From: Candidatus Omnitrophota bacterium
GTDB lineage: Bacteria; Omnitrophota; Gorgyraeia; Zapsychrales; JANLHA01
NCBI GenBank assembly: GCA_963662715.1
Contig: OY759724.1
Location: 2,522,662-2,586,661 of the forward strand
DNA length: 64,000 bases
Reading direction: 5' to 3'
The number at the start of each line of letters is the position of its first letter. Position 1 is the first letter of the stretch. A program made the position numbers and the translations under genes. This document shows positions 9,047 to 19,685 of the stretch, piece by piece. Below the pieces are notes generated by a model that worked only from the letters and a program-made list of their open reading frames with translations, searched no databases and was not told the origin of the DNA.

Positions 9047-9865
9047 TTACCGGATCTCAGTTTTCCAGAATCGTACCACCGAAGCTTGGCAGAAGAAATC
9101 GAGCTGTTCAATAAAAAGAAATTTAGAATTGAGGAACCAGAGCGGCATTAAGACAGGTAAGGTCATGATGCGGATTTTTGCGGAATGTCTCTTTACAAAG
9201 GTCCGCAGTTTTTTCCGTTTCGGATAAGCATGGCCATTTTTGTCATATAGTTTCGGCGTGAAAAGTGAAATGTTAAAATGAGGGAAGCAAATATCTGCTT
9301 TAAAACCATGTTTCTTGCCAAATAAAGCAAGCCCGGTCGGAGTGGGGTTGTTGATGTGTCCGGGAGCTATGCTTTCAACAAAATCATATTTACAAGTCGA
9401 AGATACCCAGAAAAGCCCGTTCGGTTTAAGGATACGAAAAGACTCATTAAAGATATTTTCATTGATACTTTGCGGGACGTGCTCATAGACATTATGACAC
9501 ATAATGAAATCAATGGATGTGTCTTCTATGGGGAGGGGGTCCTTGAGGTTATGCACACGGCTGTCAATCCCGAGGTTCTCTTTGGCCCATCCGACGGCAC
9601 TCTTTGCTCCTTCCAAAGCGATGACATGCAGCCCGTTTTCCTGGCAGCATTTCGTGAAGAACCCTTCTCCGGCGCCCAGGTCAAGTCCGGATGCGGAAGG
9701 TCCGACGTATTTGATGACTTTTTCGACAAGGACTTGATATGTTTTCCAGCGGTCAGCAGACCAGCCTTTTATCCGCTGTTCATAATGGTCGTCATTGACA
9801 ATGCCGTCTGCCTGGGCATGGTTGGTTTGCATGTTTAATCCTGATGTGATTATGTGTTGATTCAT
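9047..9865 (-). CDS. Class I SAM-dependent methyltransferase
   Basis: Motif I LDLGAGEGFF; post-I acidic residue; motif DFIMCHNVYEHV; Methyltransf_11/23-like layout. Confidence 0.75.
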   Translation of the reverse strand: MNQHIITSGLNMQTNHAQADGIVNDDHYEQRIKGWSADRWKTYQVLVEKVIKYVGPSASGLDLGAGEGFFTKCCQENGLHVIALEGAKSAVGWAKENLGIDSRVHNLKDPLPIEDTSIDFIMCHNVYEHVPQSINENIFNESFRILKPNGLFWVSSTCKYDFVESIAPGHINNPTPTGLALFGKKHGFKADICFPHFNISLFTPKLYDKNGHAYPKRKKLRTFVKRHSAKIRIMTLPVLMPLWFLNSKFLFIEQLDFFCQASVVRFWKTEIR

Positions 9866-10212
9866 CTAGGACATTTTAACATAAACCAGACCGGGTCCCT
9901 CTAACTTTCTGCTATATATATGTTTTTGAGAGAAGTGCTTCCCCTTTGAAATCTGGGAGAATACGTTGGGGCGCAGCATAGGTTTAGCTGGTTATGAAAT
10001 TATTTCAGCAGGGGGAGCTTTTTTCCTGCATCTGCAGCTATTTGAAATTTAATGGGTTGCCGATGGCTGGTTTTCACCGGTCGTAACAGCCGAACAAATT
10101 AAATTTGCCGGAAAAATTTGTGTTTCGGATCTTATATGATAAAATGGTTCGTATTAAACAACAGGGGAAAGAGCCATTTTTTAAATTAAAATAATTGGAA
10201 TTTTAAAATAAT

Positions 10213-11082
10213 ATGAATGAGATGCAATCTATACAAAAATATGCTGATTTAATATATGATGTCGGCATGCATAAAGGGGAAGATACTGATTATTATCTCA
10301 AGAAAGGATTCCGGGTGGTCGCATTCGAAGCCAATCCTGCTTTAGTCGCTTCCTGCCGAAATCGATTTTCAGATGATATTAAAAACGGAAAATTATCAAT
10401 AGTTGAAGGAGCGATTGTAGAACAGCTGCCTGATAAGAGTCAGCCGGCATCCATTAAGTTTTATCAAAATAAGCAAAAAAGCATATGGGGTACTGTTGAT
10501 AGTGCCTGGGCCCAACGAAATGAAGTCGTTGATGGCACTACAAATGAGATCATTGAGGTGCCAGTCGTTAACTTTTCAGATTGCCTTAAGGAACATGGGA
10601 TCCCGTACTATATGAAGATCGATATTGAGGGGATGGATTCCGTCTGCCTGAAAGCTTTAATGAACAGTCAACAAAAACCGGATTATATTTCGATCGAGTC
10701 TGAAAAAGTGTCATTTGATAAATTGCTGGAAGAATTTAATTTGTTAGTAAAGCTTGATTATTCAAAATTCAAAGCTGTGCAGCAGAAATACATTTCACGT
10801 CAGCGGGAACCTAACCCTTCCCGGGAAGGTTGTCATGTGGGATACCGGTTTCAGAATGGCTCAAGTGGTTTGTTCGGATCGGATCTTCCTTTCGAATGGA
10901 AAGAGTATGATCAGATCATTGAAGAATATAAATCTATCTTTGTCCAATATGAATTGTTCGGGGACTACGGAAAATTCTCCAAGTATTCCCCCGTTAAATT
11001 TCTTTTAAAAGTGATAGGCAAAATCACCCAGAAGCCGATCCCGGGATGGTATGATACACATGCCAAACATTCTTCTGTTTAG
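10213..11082 (+). CDS. FkbM-family methyltransferase (probable)
   Basis: N-terminal IYDVGMHKGEDT…VVAFEANP resembles the FkbM-domain consensus (DVGAN.G..T…v.afEP.p). Confidence 0.6.
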   Translation: MNEMQSIQKYADLIYDVGMHKGEDTDYYLKKGFRVVAFEANPALVASCRNRFSDDIKNGKLSIVEGAIVEQLPDKSQPASIKFYQNKQKSIWGTVDSAWAQRNEVVDGTTNEIIEVPVVNFSDCLKEHGIPYYMKIDIEGMDSVCLKALMNSQQKPDYISIESEKVSFDKLLEEFNLLVKLDYSKFKAVQQKYISRQREPNPSREGCHVGYRFQNGSSGLFGSDLPFEWKEYDQIIEEYKSIFVQYELFGDYGKFSKYSPVKFLLKVIGKITQKPIPGWYDTHAKHSSV

Positions 11083-11663
11083 CCTGTTGCTGGTCTTCGC
11101 TTCATGCTTTTTTCTAAAAGGACGGTAACCTATTCCACTCAAAAGAGATCTGTACTCCTATAGCCTTTCCAGAAATTGCCCTGCATGAACAATTGCTGAA
11201 GAATGTGGATTTTTTGGGGTGGCAGTATTATGCTGTTACACCCTCGTCATAAGACAATATATCTTATCAGATTAGTCAGGTATTAAGCAGTGGCAAAAGT
11301 TCTCCATTAAAAACGGACGGCCTTGGGTGTCTGTGTTTGCATATATGGCTCAATGGCTTATTTCCTGAAAAGGAAAAGGTCGTTTAGCTATTCAATATTG
11401 GGTAGTGTGCTAATTAAGTTTTAATTTTTATAAATGTTGTATTTTATAAACTTTTTCTTGGGGTGGACTGTCTTGGTAGTTCCAGGATAGTTGCGGTTAA
11501 TAGAGAGGAATTTTAGCATATTTTGCATAAAATCGTTGTTATCTTTTTTGGCACAATATTTGCTGTACTTAGTTGATAGAATATTTTTTTATAGATAATA
11601 TGAATTTTAAAAAAATTTAAATAATGTATTAAGTAAATCATTAGCTGAAGGAGGAGGGGTTAA

Positions 11664-12323
11664 ATGAAAAGAGTTGTTTTCTTAAGTGTTTTATTTGTTA
11701 TTTTTACCTGTAGCAACGCCATGGCTTCCGTGATTACTTTTGATGATGTCATCATGGGAGAAACCACGTATAGCTTCGACTCTGATGGAGACAGTATTTA
11801 TGATGTGATTTTTTCAACTTCAGATCCATATGGGTTTAATACGGTCGGGCCGGGAACAAATATGTCGTATATCCTTGAACCTGGATTAGAAGGTTCGACA
11901 GAATACGATCTTAGAGTCGATTTTCTTAACCAAGCGCAAGGTTATCTTAATTTCGGTTTTGCCCTCGATGATTTTTCCGAAACCTCCAACACTTGGACTG
12001 AATTTTGGGTATACGATAACGTTGGCAACCTCTTAGCGCATGATTTTGAATACGGACTATATACGACACCAGATGGTTCTAATCCGAGTGATTTCCCCGA
12101 GGGATTAATCGAGACCAGCTTTTCAGGTATCGCAAGCTATGCGCTTTTTGATTTTAATAATGACGTTTCTGGTGGACAAAGGTATATTATCGATAATTTT
12201 GAAGGTGTTTTCGGGTCAACAGAAGTTCCTCCCGCTAACCCAGTCCCTGAACCTGCAACAATGTTTTTATTGGGATCAGGTTTATTAGGACTTGCAAGAA
12301 AGAGGAAAAAGTCATTACTTTAA
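11664..12323 (+). CDS. PEP-CTERM sorting-domain secreted protein (exosortase substrate)
   Basis: Signal peptide, then at the C-terminus VPEP + hydrophobic helix (ATMFLLGSGLLGLA) + RKRKK, the canonical PEP-CTERM tripartite signal. Confidence 0.8.
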   Translation: MKRVVFLSVLFVIFTCSNAMASVITFDDVIMGETTYSFDSDGDSIYDVIFSTSDPYGFNTVGPGTNMSYILEPGLEGSTEYDLRVDFLNQAQGYLNFGFALDDFSETSNTWTEFWVYDNVGNLLAHDFEYGLYTTPDGSNPSDFPEGLIETSFSGIASYALFDFNNDVSGGQRYIIDNFEGVFGSTEVPPANPVPEPATMFLLGSGLLGLARKRKKSLL

Positions 12324-12350
12324 GGTAAGTTTTTTACAAGATACTAGAAA

Positions 12351-12390
12351 AACCCTCTGTAATAAATATTACAGAGGGTTTTTCTTTTTG
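12351..12390. terminator. Perfect hairpin, aaccctctgtaata-aat-attacagagggtt followed by a T run. Probable bidirectional terminator for the PEP-CTERM gene and the convergent MCP gene.
   Basis: Read directly. Confidence 0.7.
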
Positions 12391-12596
12391 GCCCGATGGC
12401 CGATATTTTTTAAAAGCAATTTTTAGTGTTTCTTAAAATGATTCCCCAATCAGACCGGGTCTGTCAAAAGCCTTGGAATGTATTGAGTCTTGGCAAAAAA
12501 GAATATCTTGTTTGGACTTACAGCGGGGATACCCCTTTTTCTTCTTCGCTGAGAAGTAACCTATTTGTAGGTGAGGGGGAGGACATTGCCCTCTCT

Positions 12597-14489
12597 TTAG
12601 AGAAGGCCTCGGGGGGGAGAAGATTCTAGCACAAATTCGCCAACGGATTTTTTTAATTCTTCAGATAAGTTAGCTAGTTTACTAGCTGAGTCCATAAATT
12701 GTTGTGTGGAAGACAAAAACTGCTGAGTAACACCAGAAATATTCAATATACAATCCACTGTTTCATTTGAAGCAACCCGCTGTTCTTGAATAATACGCGA
12801 AATTTCTTGCGCAGCATTGCTTGTTTCCTGTACTAACTTTAAAACTTGTGCCACTTGTTTAACAGAATCGCTCATATCCCTGACAGCCAACCGTGTTTCT
12901 TCCTGAATCTCATCAATTATTGCCCTTATTTCATTTATAGAAGAGGAAGACTTAGAGGCAAGCTTTTTTACTTCTCTGGCAACAATGCTGAATCCTCTCC
13001 CGAACTCCCCGGCTCGAGCTGCTTCAATGCTGGCATTTAGAGCTAAAAGGTTTGTTTGTTCAACAACATTATCAATCAATTCAGTTATTCCTCCAATATG
13101 TGTTAACTTTTTTTCTAAATTAGCAATATGCGTGTCAGTTTGAACAACCTTTTGATTCACCTCCTGCATGCTGAAAAATGTACGTTCAGCAATTTTGGCA
13201 ACGCCTTCTGAATTCTCGGCAATATGTGAAGAAGTATTTGCCAATTCTTCAACAATTGAAGAAGCTTGGTGTACCGTGGCGGCCTGGGCTTCGGCGTCTG
13301 CAGCTTGTTTGCTCGCCCCGCTGTTAATTTTGGAAGCGAATTGATTGATTTCGAACCCGGCATTCTGAATATGTAATATTACTTCTCTCAAGGTTTCAAT
13401 AACCTTATTATAAGCAATCGCAAGTTCGCCAATTTCATCGCGGCTATTTACACGAACTGCCTTTGTTAAATCTTTTGCCCCGATATTTTTCATCCCCTCT
13501 TTCAATTTTTCTACAGGATTTGTAATTGAAACCGATATAAAAAAACTGAAAACAATCGCGACAATAACGCTGATAATCCCAACGGCCACAATAACATCTC
13601 TTAATTTAAAAGTCTCCCTCAATAATTCATGATCAGGAATAGTTATTGCCGCGGACCAGTTTAAACGCTGATAAGGAGAATAAAATATATGTTTTAACAC
13701 GCCTTCAAATTCATAGTCGCCCTGCCCGTGCTCCATGTTTATCATATGATTGACTACTTCGGTTAACTTTTTGTCCGGCGTCCTAAGTATATTGCGATGT
13801 AAGATATTCTCTTTGTTGGGGTGAGCAATGATTATCCCGTCCTTGTTCACCAAATATCCATATCCTGTCTCCCCAGCTTTCATTTCATCAATGAACGAAG
13901 TTATTGCTTCCCCTTTTATATCTAATGCAATAACGCCAATCTTTTCCCCTTCTTTAGAATTTACCAATTTTGACATCGTTAATACAGCTGAGTTTGTGTT
14001 TTGATCAAGATATATGTCCGAGACATATACTTTTTTTCTGCCTGTATTTAATGCACCACGAAACCATTCGGCTTTGGATTCATCTTTGTTGATATTTTTT
14101 GAATCATTTGAAGTCGTTAAGAGTTGGTTGCCTTCAAGGGATAGCAATCGGATTCGTGATAAGTATGGCCGTTTGTTTATATAGTCTTGATACTCATCAA
14201 CGACATCGGAAAGACGATTACGCATGTAGTCATTTAAGTAAAATGCCATCTGTGTAATAGGTTTCTCCGATAATTCTTCAGTATCGCGCACACAAACTTC
14301 TAAAAAAGCGTCCATTTGCTTTACAGATTTTCCAACAATACTACTTAATGACTGGGAAAGCTGAGAAACGAGTGCTTCTGAAGCGCTGGAGTAAGAAAAA
14401 TATCCCAAAGCACACAGCGGAAGAGCAATAAGAATTAAATAGGAAAGGAATAGTTTCAATTGCATCCGTGTCTTTTTTAGGAAAAACAT
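12597..14489 (-). CDS. Methyl-accepting chemotaxis protein with periplasmic Cache-type sensor, HAMP and MA signalling domain
   Basis: Two TM helices flank a roughly 270-aa periplasmic region. The C-terminal MCP signature [31 protein letters not shown] is present. Confidence 0.9.
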   Translation of the reverse strand: MFFLKKTRMQLKLFLSYLILIALPLCALGYFSYSSASEALVSQLSQSLSSIVGKSVKQMDAFLEVCVRDTEELSEKPITQMAFYLNDYMRNRLSDVVDEYQDYINKRPYLSRIRLLSLEGNQLLTTSNDSKNINKDESKAEWFRGALNTGRKKVYVSDIYLDQNTNSAVLTMSKLVNSKEGEKIGVIALDIKGEAITSFIDEMKAGETGYGYLVNKDGIIIAHPNKENILHRNILRTPDKKLTEVVNHMINMEHGQGDYEFEGVLKHIFYSPYQRLNWSAAITIPDHELLRETFKLRDVIVAVGIISVIVAIVFSFFISVSITNPVEKLKEGMKNIGAKDLTKAVRVNSRDEIGELAIAYNKVIETLREVILHIQNAGFEINQFASKINSGASKQAADAEAQAATVHQASSIVEELANTSSHIAENSEGVAKIAERTFFSMQEVNQKVVQTDTHIANLEKKLTHIGGITELIDNVVEQTNLLALNASIEAARAGEFGRGFSIVAREVKKLASKSSSSINEIRAIIDEIQEETRLAVRDMSDSVKQVAQVLKLVQETSNAAQEISRIIQEQRVASNETVDCILNISGVTQQFLSSTQQFMDSASKLANLSEELKKSVGEFVLESSPPRGLL

Positions 14490-15184
14490 TCCACTCCCCT
14501 TTTTATTTTTAAAATTAAAAAATAAACAGCCATATAATTATTGTCCAGTTTTTATGCCTGATTTTATCCAAGAAAATAATTTTTTCTCATTTTTTGCTGT
14601 TTTTAAAAGATGTGTCTGGACACGTTTTCTTTTGCCTTTGAATAATATATGTAACAGCCCCCACATGTTTTGAAAATATATACTAAATATATCGCTCCTT
14701 TCTAAAACTTGCATTCAAAATTTTAATTTTTTTAGCCACATAAAAATTAATTAATTATGAAAAAATAACCATGCCAAATACTGTGAGGGTAAAATTAACA
14801 TGGATATCTTGAAAAATTGGTTTACGTCGGAGAGAAAACGTCAGAATTTATTTCGCGTTTGTTGTATTTATAGACGATGCCTCGCCCATATCCCGTAATG
14901 CGTGTAACCTTGTTGCCCCAGGTCTTTGCATCCCGTTAGGTTGGAAATTTTATTTAAGGCAGGATTTATCCGGTATAATGCCGCGGATATTCAGCGCAAT
15001 AATTCTTTAGTAGCCTATTCTGTCCTTATCTTGAGCAAGTCGAGCATAATGTGATAAATAAAAAGACATCGGAAGATTTTTTTCTGATTTTTTTTGACGA
15101 TAAAAAAAACTAGAATCTTGTTGAGCCAGAAGTCAAATTTTAGTTATAATACTAAAAAATTTAATTTAAGGAAGGAGGAGGGGG

Positions 15185-16540
15185 ATGGAGAAGTGTTTGA
15201 GGAAATGTTTTATCGTTTTAACATTAGTGGGATTTCTTGCCTCCATGGTAGGAAGCGCAAACGCAGAGTTTTTACAAGAGTTGCAAGAAAGATTCAAAGT
15301 CAGTGGAGACATAATGACCCTGGCCACTTATCTGGCTAACTACCGTGGACAGGGGGGGGAAGACGGGGCAATTATTACAAGGGCATTGGTTGCATTAGAT
15401 TCACATATAACAGATAAGCTCCTCCTGAGGACCGAGCTTGGCTACTGGCAGAATTGGCAGAATTACCGGAAAACTTATCATGCAAGTGAATTAGAAGACG
15501 CCCCTGAGTCTGCTGAACCGGTTTTGGCAAATCTCTATTTGGAATTTAGAGATTTTTGGCAGGGTTTCACGGTTACTCTCGGAAGACAATATATGGGGGA
15601 AGGTGAAGATGCCTTTTTCTATTACGGACCTCATTCCGGACGCTTTCTGGAATTGACGGCCATCGATGCTATAAAGGTGGACAAAAAATGGGCAAGGATT
15701 AATTGGAGTACTTTCTTTGGACAGCCAGCTAAAATGGGAACAGGAATAGCCATGGAGGATAATTATGATACTCTCATCTATGGTATCGAGGCCCAGACCG
15801 ACGAAATATTTGAAGGCCATGACTTAAGAATGGGAACCTATTATCGCAAACGGCCGGATGATGCAACGAGCGAAAAATCCGATCTTATCCTTTGGACATT
15901 AAAAGGTAACGGAAAAACGTTTGTTGATAATTTGGCTTATGGTTTTCTTCTGGGAATTGATGCTGGGAAAGACGATATCACTGATAAAACCTACGCTGGT
16001 TGGCTAGCTAGATTAAAGGGGGACTACACAATTCATCTTGAGGATGACAACGCACTTAATTTTAATGCTGGCTATGTTTATGTCTCGGGTGATAAACTTT
16101 CTAGCCCAGGCAAGGACGAGAATTTTCGGCGTATCAGCCGTGACTGTTTCTATTCCATGGCTTTGATTACCTATGAAATATTAAATGATTCGTATGCCGA
16201 AAATGTCGTCAATGTAAAGATCCCCTTCGTTGGTGTAGAATATACTTTTGGGGGAAAAGGGGAACAGATAGAGAACAAGATTTATAAGGAATATGGTATT
16301 GAGACTAAAGATAAAGTAACGGTAGGGACGCGATATGCACTTCTGGATTGTGCCAGGGCGATATCTGGCGAAAAGGGAAAAGCAACGGAAGTCAATGCGT
16401 ATGTTAAGTATGAATTAAATAAGAATGTTTCCTTGCAATTGGTAGGGGCTCGATTTTGGCCCACAAGTTATTTGGAAAGGGCCTTTGGATCGGGTAAACC
16501 TATAAATCAGGTTTCCCTTTATACGGAAGTGCGTTTCTAA
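15185..16540 (+). CDS. Putative outer membrane beta-barrel/porin-like protein
   Basis: Signal peptide (…SANAEF), alternating amphipathic beta pattern, C-terminal …EVRF. Confidence 0.45.
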   Translation: MEKCLRKCFIVLTLVGFLASMVGSANAEFLQELQERFKVSGDIMTLATYLANYRGQGGEDGAIITRALVALDSHITDKLLLRTELGYWQNWQNYRKTYHASELEDAPESAEPVLANLYLEFRDFWQGFTVTLGRQYMGEGEDAFFYYGPHSGRFLELTAIDAIKVDKKWARINWSTFFGQPAKMGTGIAMEDNYDTLIYGIEAQTDEIFEGHDLRMGTYYRKRPDDATSEKSDLILWTLKGNGKTFVDNLAYGFLLGIDAGKDDITDKTYAGWLARLKGDYTIHLEDDNALNFNAGYVYVSGDKLSSPGKDENFRRISRDCFYSMALITYEILNDSYAENVVNVKIPFVGVEYTFGGKGEQIENKIYKEYGIETKDKVTVGTRYALLDCARAISGEKGKATEVNAYVKYELNKNVSLQLVGARFWPTSYLERAFGSGKPINQVSLYTEVRF

Positions 16541-16639
16541 TTGCCGTTTTATGTTTCTAAGGGAGCCAAACAGAAATAGATTACGCTAGAGAAAATGGTG
16601 TCTAAGAGAAGTTGCTTCTAACATTTTAGTGAATATAAA

Positions 16640-16685
16640 CACAGTAAGTTATTTATTTTATTTATAAAATAAATAACTTACTGTG
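16640..16685. terminator. 46-nt perfect hairpin with a 20-bp stem and 6-nt loop, AT-rich, about 100 bp downstream of the OMP gene. No T tract follows.
   Basis: cacagtaagttatttatttt-atttat-aaaataaataacttactgtg; arms are exact reverse complements. Confidence 0.45.
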
Positions 16686-17061
16686 GCCCTGTGATCTGAG
16701 AGTCCTGTCGCAACCACTTCCCTTTGATTTTGTATTTGTCGCCAAAACTAACCCTGCAAACAATTCAACTCACCTGCCCCGATCGATGACCAGTATATAT
16801 CGGTTGGGATGAATATATACAATACAGACATCTGACTTGAAGTTTTTTGCGCTATTATTTTTAGAAAATTAAGCATTGATAGTAATTTGTATAATTATTT
16901 TGATTGCCATTTGGAATTAACGTATAATTTTTAATTGAAAAGAGTATTTAGGAAATTAGGAAAGAAAAGACAGTATACCGTAGGCTCAATGGCGGAGTCG
17001 CGGTATAAATTATATCGAAATTTTATAATTATTTACCTTAATGTTAAAAAGGAGTAAAAAT

Positions 17062-18084
17062 ATGAGATGGAATGTTTCAGGCATCATTAGTGTTTGTGCG
17101 ATTTTTTGTTTTGTGAATACCACAATTTGTAAAGCATCTAATGAAAAACAACCCGTCATCGGAGTGTTGAGGCCAGTCCCTCCGTATGCCATTGAGATAG
17201 AGCAAGGGTTTAAGGATACGATGAAATCTTTGGGGTATGAGGAAGGGAAGAATGTCCATTTTCTGCCAACGAAAATAGTGTATGCTGAATCAGAAAAATT
17301 TAGTGAAAACGCGGCAATGGCTAAGGAATTAATTGACCAAGGAGCCAATATCCTTGTTACTATAGGTACCCAGGCGAGTGTGCCGGTATGGCCAGAAATA
17401 GAGAAGACAGGAATTCCGATGATTTTTTCTGGAGTAACTTTTCCCATAGAGGGAGGACTGATAGAAGCGTATGATAAACCTACGGGTAAAAATATAACGG
17501 GAATAAGCTATGGAGTTCCCCCCCTGGCCAGATTAGAGCTTTTTCGTAAGATGTTTCCTAATAAAGAGAATTTTAGTAAACTAGCATTTGTATATGACAG
17601 TCATGTGCTTCAAGAAACGATTTATATGAGACATCTCAAAACACTCGTTGATACGAAAGGATGGGAGATAGTATATATAGATTTTTATGACCCTGATCAA
17701 GGGAAAACCAGTTGTGACCTTTTATTGGAAAATTTGAAGCAGTCTAAGCCAGACCTTATTTTTGGCTGGTTCAGTCTTGACCAGCTGAGTTCTGATAAGC
17801 AATTATTCAAGAAATTGCAAGATTCATATAAAAAACCAATACTTGGGATTACTAGTAAATTTACTGATGAAGGTGCGATCGGTGGGGTTTTAACTAATCA
17901 TTTCTCTTTAGGTGGTCTGCAGGCAAAATTTGTAAATAATATCATCAAAGGTGAAAAAGCGGGAAATATTCCTCCCATTGAACCTGTTGATTTTTTGATA
18001 GAACTTAATCTTAAGAAAGCCACAGAGATGAACTTAGAATTTGATCTGGGTATACTTGCTGCTGCGGACAGATTGGTTCAATAA
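17062..18084 (+). CDS. ABC transporter substrate-binding protein (ABC_sub_bind-like periplasmic protein, ligand unknown)
   Basis: Signal peptide; alternating beta-alpha periplasmic-binding-fold pattern; RBS aaaaggag before the ATG at 17062. The ORF-track start at 17041 would include the RBS. Confidence 0.55.
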   Translation: MRWNVSGIISVCAIFCFVNTTICKASNEKQPVIGVLRPVPPYAIEIEQGFKDTMKSLGYEEGKNVHFLPTKIVYAESEKFSENAAMAKELIDQGANILVTIGTQASVPVWPEIEKTGIPMIFSGVTFPIEGGLIEAYDKPTGKNITGISYGVPPLARLELFRKMFPNKENFSKLAFVYDSHVLQETIYMRHLKTLVDTKGWEIVYIDFYDPDQGKTSCDLLLENLKQSKPDLIFGWFSLDQLSSDKQLFKKLQDSYKKPILGITSKFTDEGAIGGVLTNHFSLGGLQAKFVNNIIKGEKAGNIPPIEPVDFLIELNLKKATEMNLEFDLGILAAADRLVQ

Positions 18085-18507
18085 GATAAGATGAGATTCA
18101 GGTTGGAAACTGTTAATATTTTTAGTCGGCACTATCTCCGGGTGAAAGCTGGAGCTTGTATTTGATCCAGAACCTGATTTGCGTACACCTGTGTTTGTCA
18201 TCAAGGGATTTAGAATTTGTTATGAAATTTTATGATGAGAACAGAGTTTAGTCTCTGATGTGCCTTTGAATGAGGACGATGGCGTAACCGCTGCGCCATG
18301 TCAAGAACGAGTGCCGCAGTTGACCTTCCCTGTATAACTAAACACAAACGATTGAAGTACATCCATGTCCAAACTCCCGTCTGAGATGCGAAGCGATAAG
18401 GCGAGGGAAAAGGTGCCGGACTGGAGCCCCGTCATAGTTCCCCCTGGGGATTCTTTAGCTTTTGATAAATTTTGTTAATTGTAAAATTTGTTTATGATAA
18501 AGAACCC

Positions 18508-18536
18508 TTGACATTTTGGGTTTTATTGTCTATATT
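18508..18536 (+). promoter_or_regulatory. Sigma70 promoter for the Rrf2 regulator gene: TTGACA, 17-nt spacer, TATATT
   Basis: Near-consensus hexamers with canonical spacing, 30 bp upstream of the RBS (aaaggagg) of the ORF at 18569. Confidence 0.55.
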
Positions 18537-18568
18537 ATAGGTATACAAGATAGATAAAGGAGGGCCCC

Positions 18569-18970
18569 ATGAAACTGACCACAAAAAGTGAGTACTCGAT
18601 TCTGGCACTTATTTATATCGCGCGTAAGGAGAAATCAGGCTTTGTAAAAATTGAAAATATCTGTAAAGAATATGACATTTCCAAGAAGTATTTGGAACAG
18701 CTATTCGTTTCGTTGAAACAAGCCAGATACCTTAAAACTAAAACAGGCGCCAGCGGCGGTTATCGGCTGGCAAAGCCGGCAGAAGAAATAAGCCTAGCCG
18801 AGGTGATAAGGCTGATGGACGGGGCTTTAGCTCCTACATTAGCCGTAAGCAAGTACTTTTTCGAACACACTCCATTAGAAAAGGAGAAAAAAGTTATGAA
18901 AGTTTTTAAAGAAATTCGGGATTATATATCAGACAAGGTGGAGCAATTAAAAATATCAGATTTAGTGTGA
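18569..18970 (+). CDS. Rrf2-family (IscR/NsrR-like) transcriptional regulator without the Cys cluster
   Basis: N-terminal MKLTTKSEYSILALIYIA… winged-helix signature of Rrf2 proteins. No CxxxxxCxxxxC motif, so probably not Fe-S binding. Confidence 0.75.
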   Translation: MKLTTKSEYSILALIYIARKEKSGFVKIENICKEYDISKKYLEQLFVSLKQARYLKTKTGASGGYRLAKPAEEISLAEVIRLMDGALAPTLAVSKYFFEHTPLEKEKKVMKVFKEIRDYISDKVEQLKISDLV

Positions 18971-19007
18971 TTCCTGCATATCCATCACGTTTGCAACCGA
19001 GGAGGCC

Positions 19008-19661
19008 ATGGAAGTGAAAGATATTGTTTTATATCTTTTTTTGTTGGGAGGACTGTTGTGTATAGATAGACCAGCTTGGGCAGGCCATAACTGGGAATAC
19101 TGGAGTCACTATGAAGCAGGTAAATCTCTTAATGAGGTTCTGGATTTTAAACTAAAACCGGAATTGCGTTTTAAAGAAGACTTTAGTACCTACTATTACA
19201 GCCATGTTGATATCGGATTGGATTGGAAAGTTAACGATTGGTTTATTTTGAGCCCATATTACCGGTATATCAATGAAGAGAAAAAGGGGGGATGGACGGT
19301 TGAGCATCGCCCCCATTTGAATGCTACTTTTAAATGGAAGACCATTGGACTAAATTTTAGCGACAGAAACAGGTTGGAATATCGTATTAAGGAAGATAAA
19401 GAATTTTTTAGATATACTAACAAACTGACTGTCAAGACGGCAAAATTTACCACATTTGAAATTCAGCCCTATATTGCTGAAGAGCCTTTTTACGATTTCG
19501 ATATAAATGAGTTCAATAAAAACCGTGTATACGGAGGCGTAGACATTAAAATTATTAAGGATCTCAAGGTGGGTATCTGTTATATGTTTGAGAGTAATAA
19601 GAAGCAGGATAAGTGGGGGAATGTCAATATCCTGAAGACCGAATTAAAATGCAGTTTTTAA
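19008..19661 (+). CDS. Hypothetical secreted/outer-membrane protein (beta-rich, aromatic-rich)
   Basis: N-terminal hydrophobic signal; composition typical of a small OM beta-barrel. No recognisable motifs. Confidence 0.45.
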   Translation: MEVKDIVLYLFLLGGLLCIDRPAWAGHNWEYWSHYEAGKSLNEVLDFKLKPELRFKEDFSTYYYSHVDIGLDWKVNDWFILSPYYRYINEEKKGGWTVEHRPHLNATFKWKTIGLNFSDRNRLEYRIKEDKEFFRYTNKLTVKTAKFTTFEIQPYIAEEPFYDFDINEFNKNRVYGGVDIKIIKDLKVGICYMFESNKKQDKWGNVNILKTELKCSF

Positions 19662-19685
19662 CCAAGGTAAATGGAGATCTGAAAA

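Noticed and set aside
12846-13363. Small ORFs 12846-13040 (+) and 13157-13363 (-) inside the MCP gene
   Set aside because: Entirely embedded in the well-supported 630-aa MCP reading frame; they have no independent signals.
15094-15339. 81-aa ORF overlapping the start of the OMP gene
   Set aside because: Different frame across the RBS and N-terminus of the 451-aa ORF. Lys/Arg-rich low-complexity product.
16981-17015. tRNA-like string (ggcggagtcgcggtat…) in the spacer before the ABC-SBP gene
   Set aside because: It cannot be folded into a cloverleaf with proper acceptor and anticodon stems, and no T-loop GTTC motif is present.
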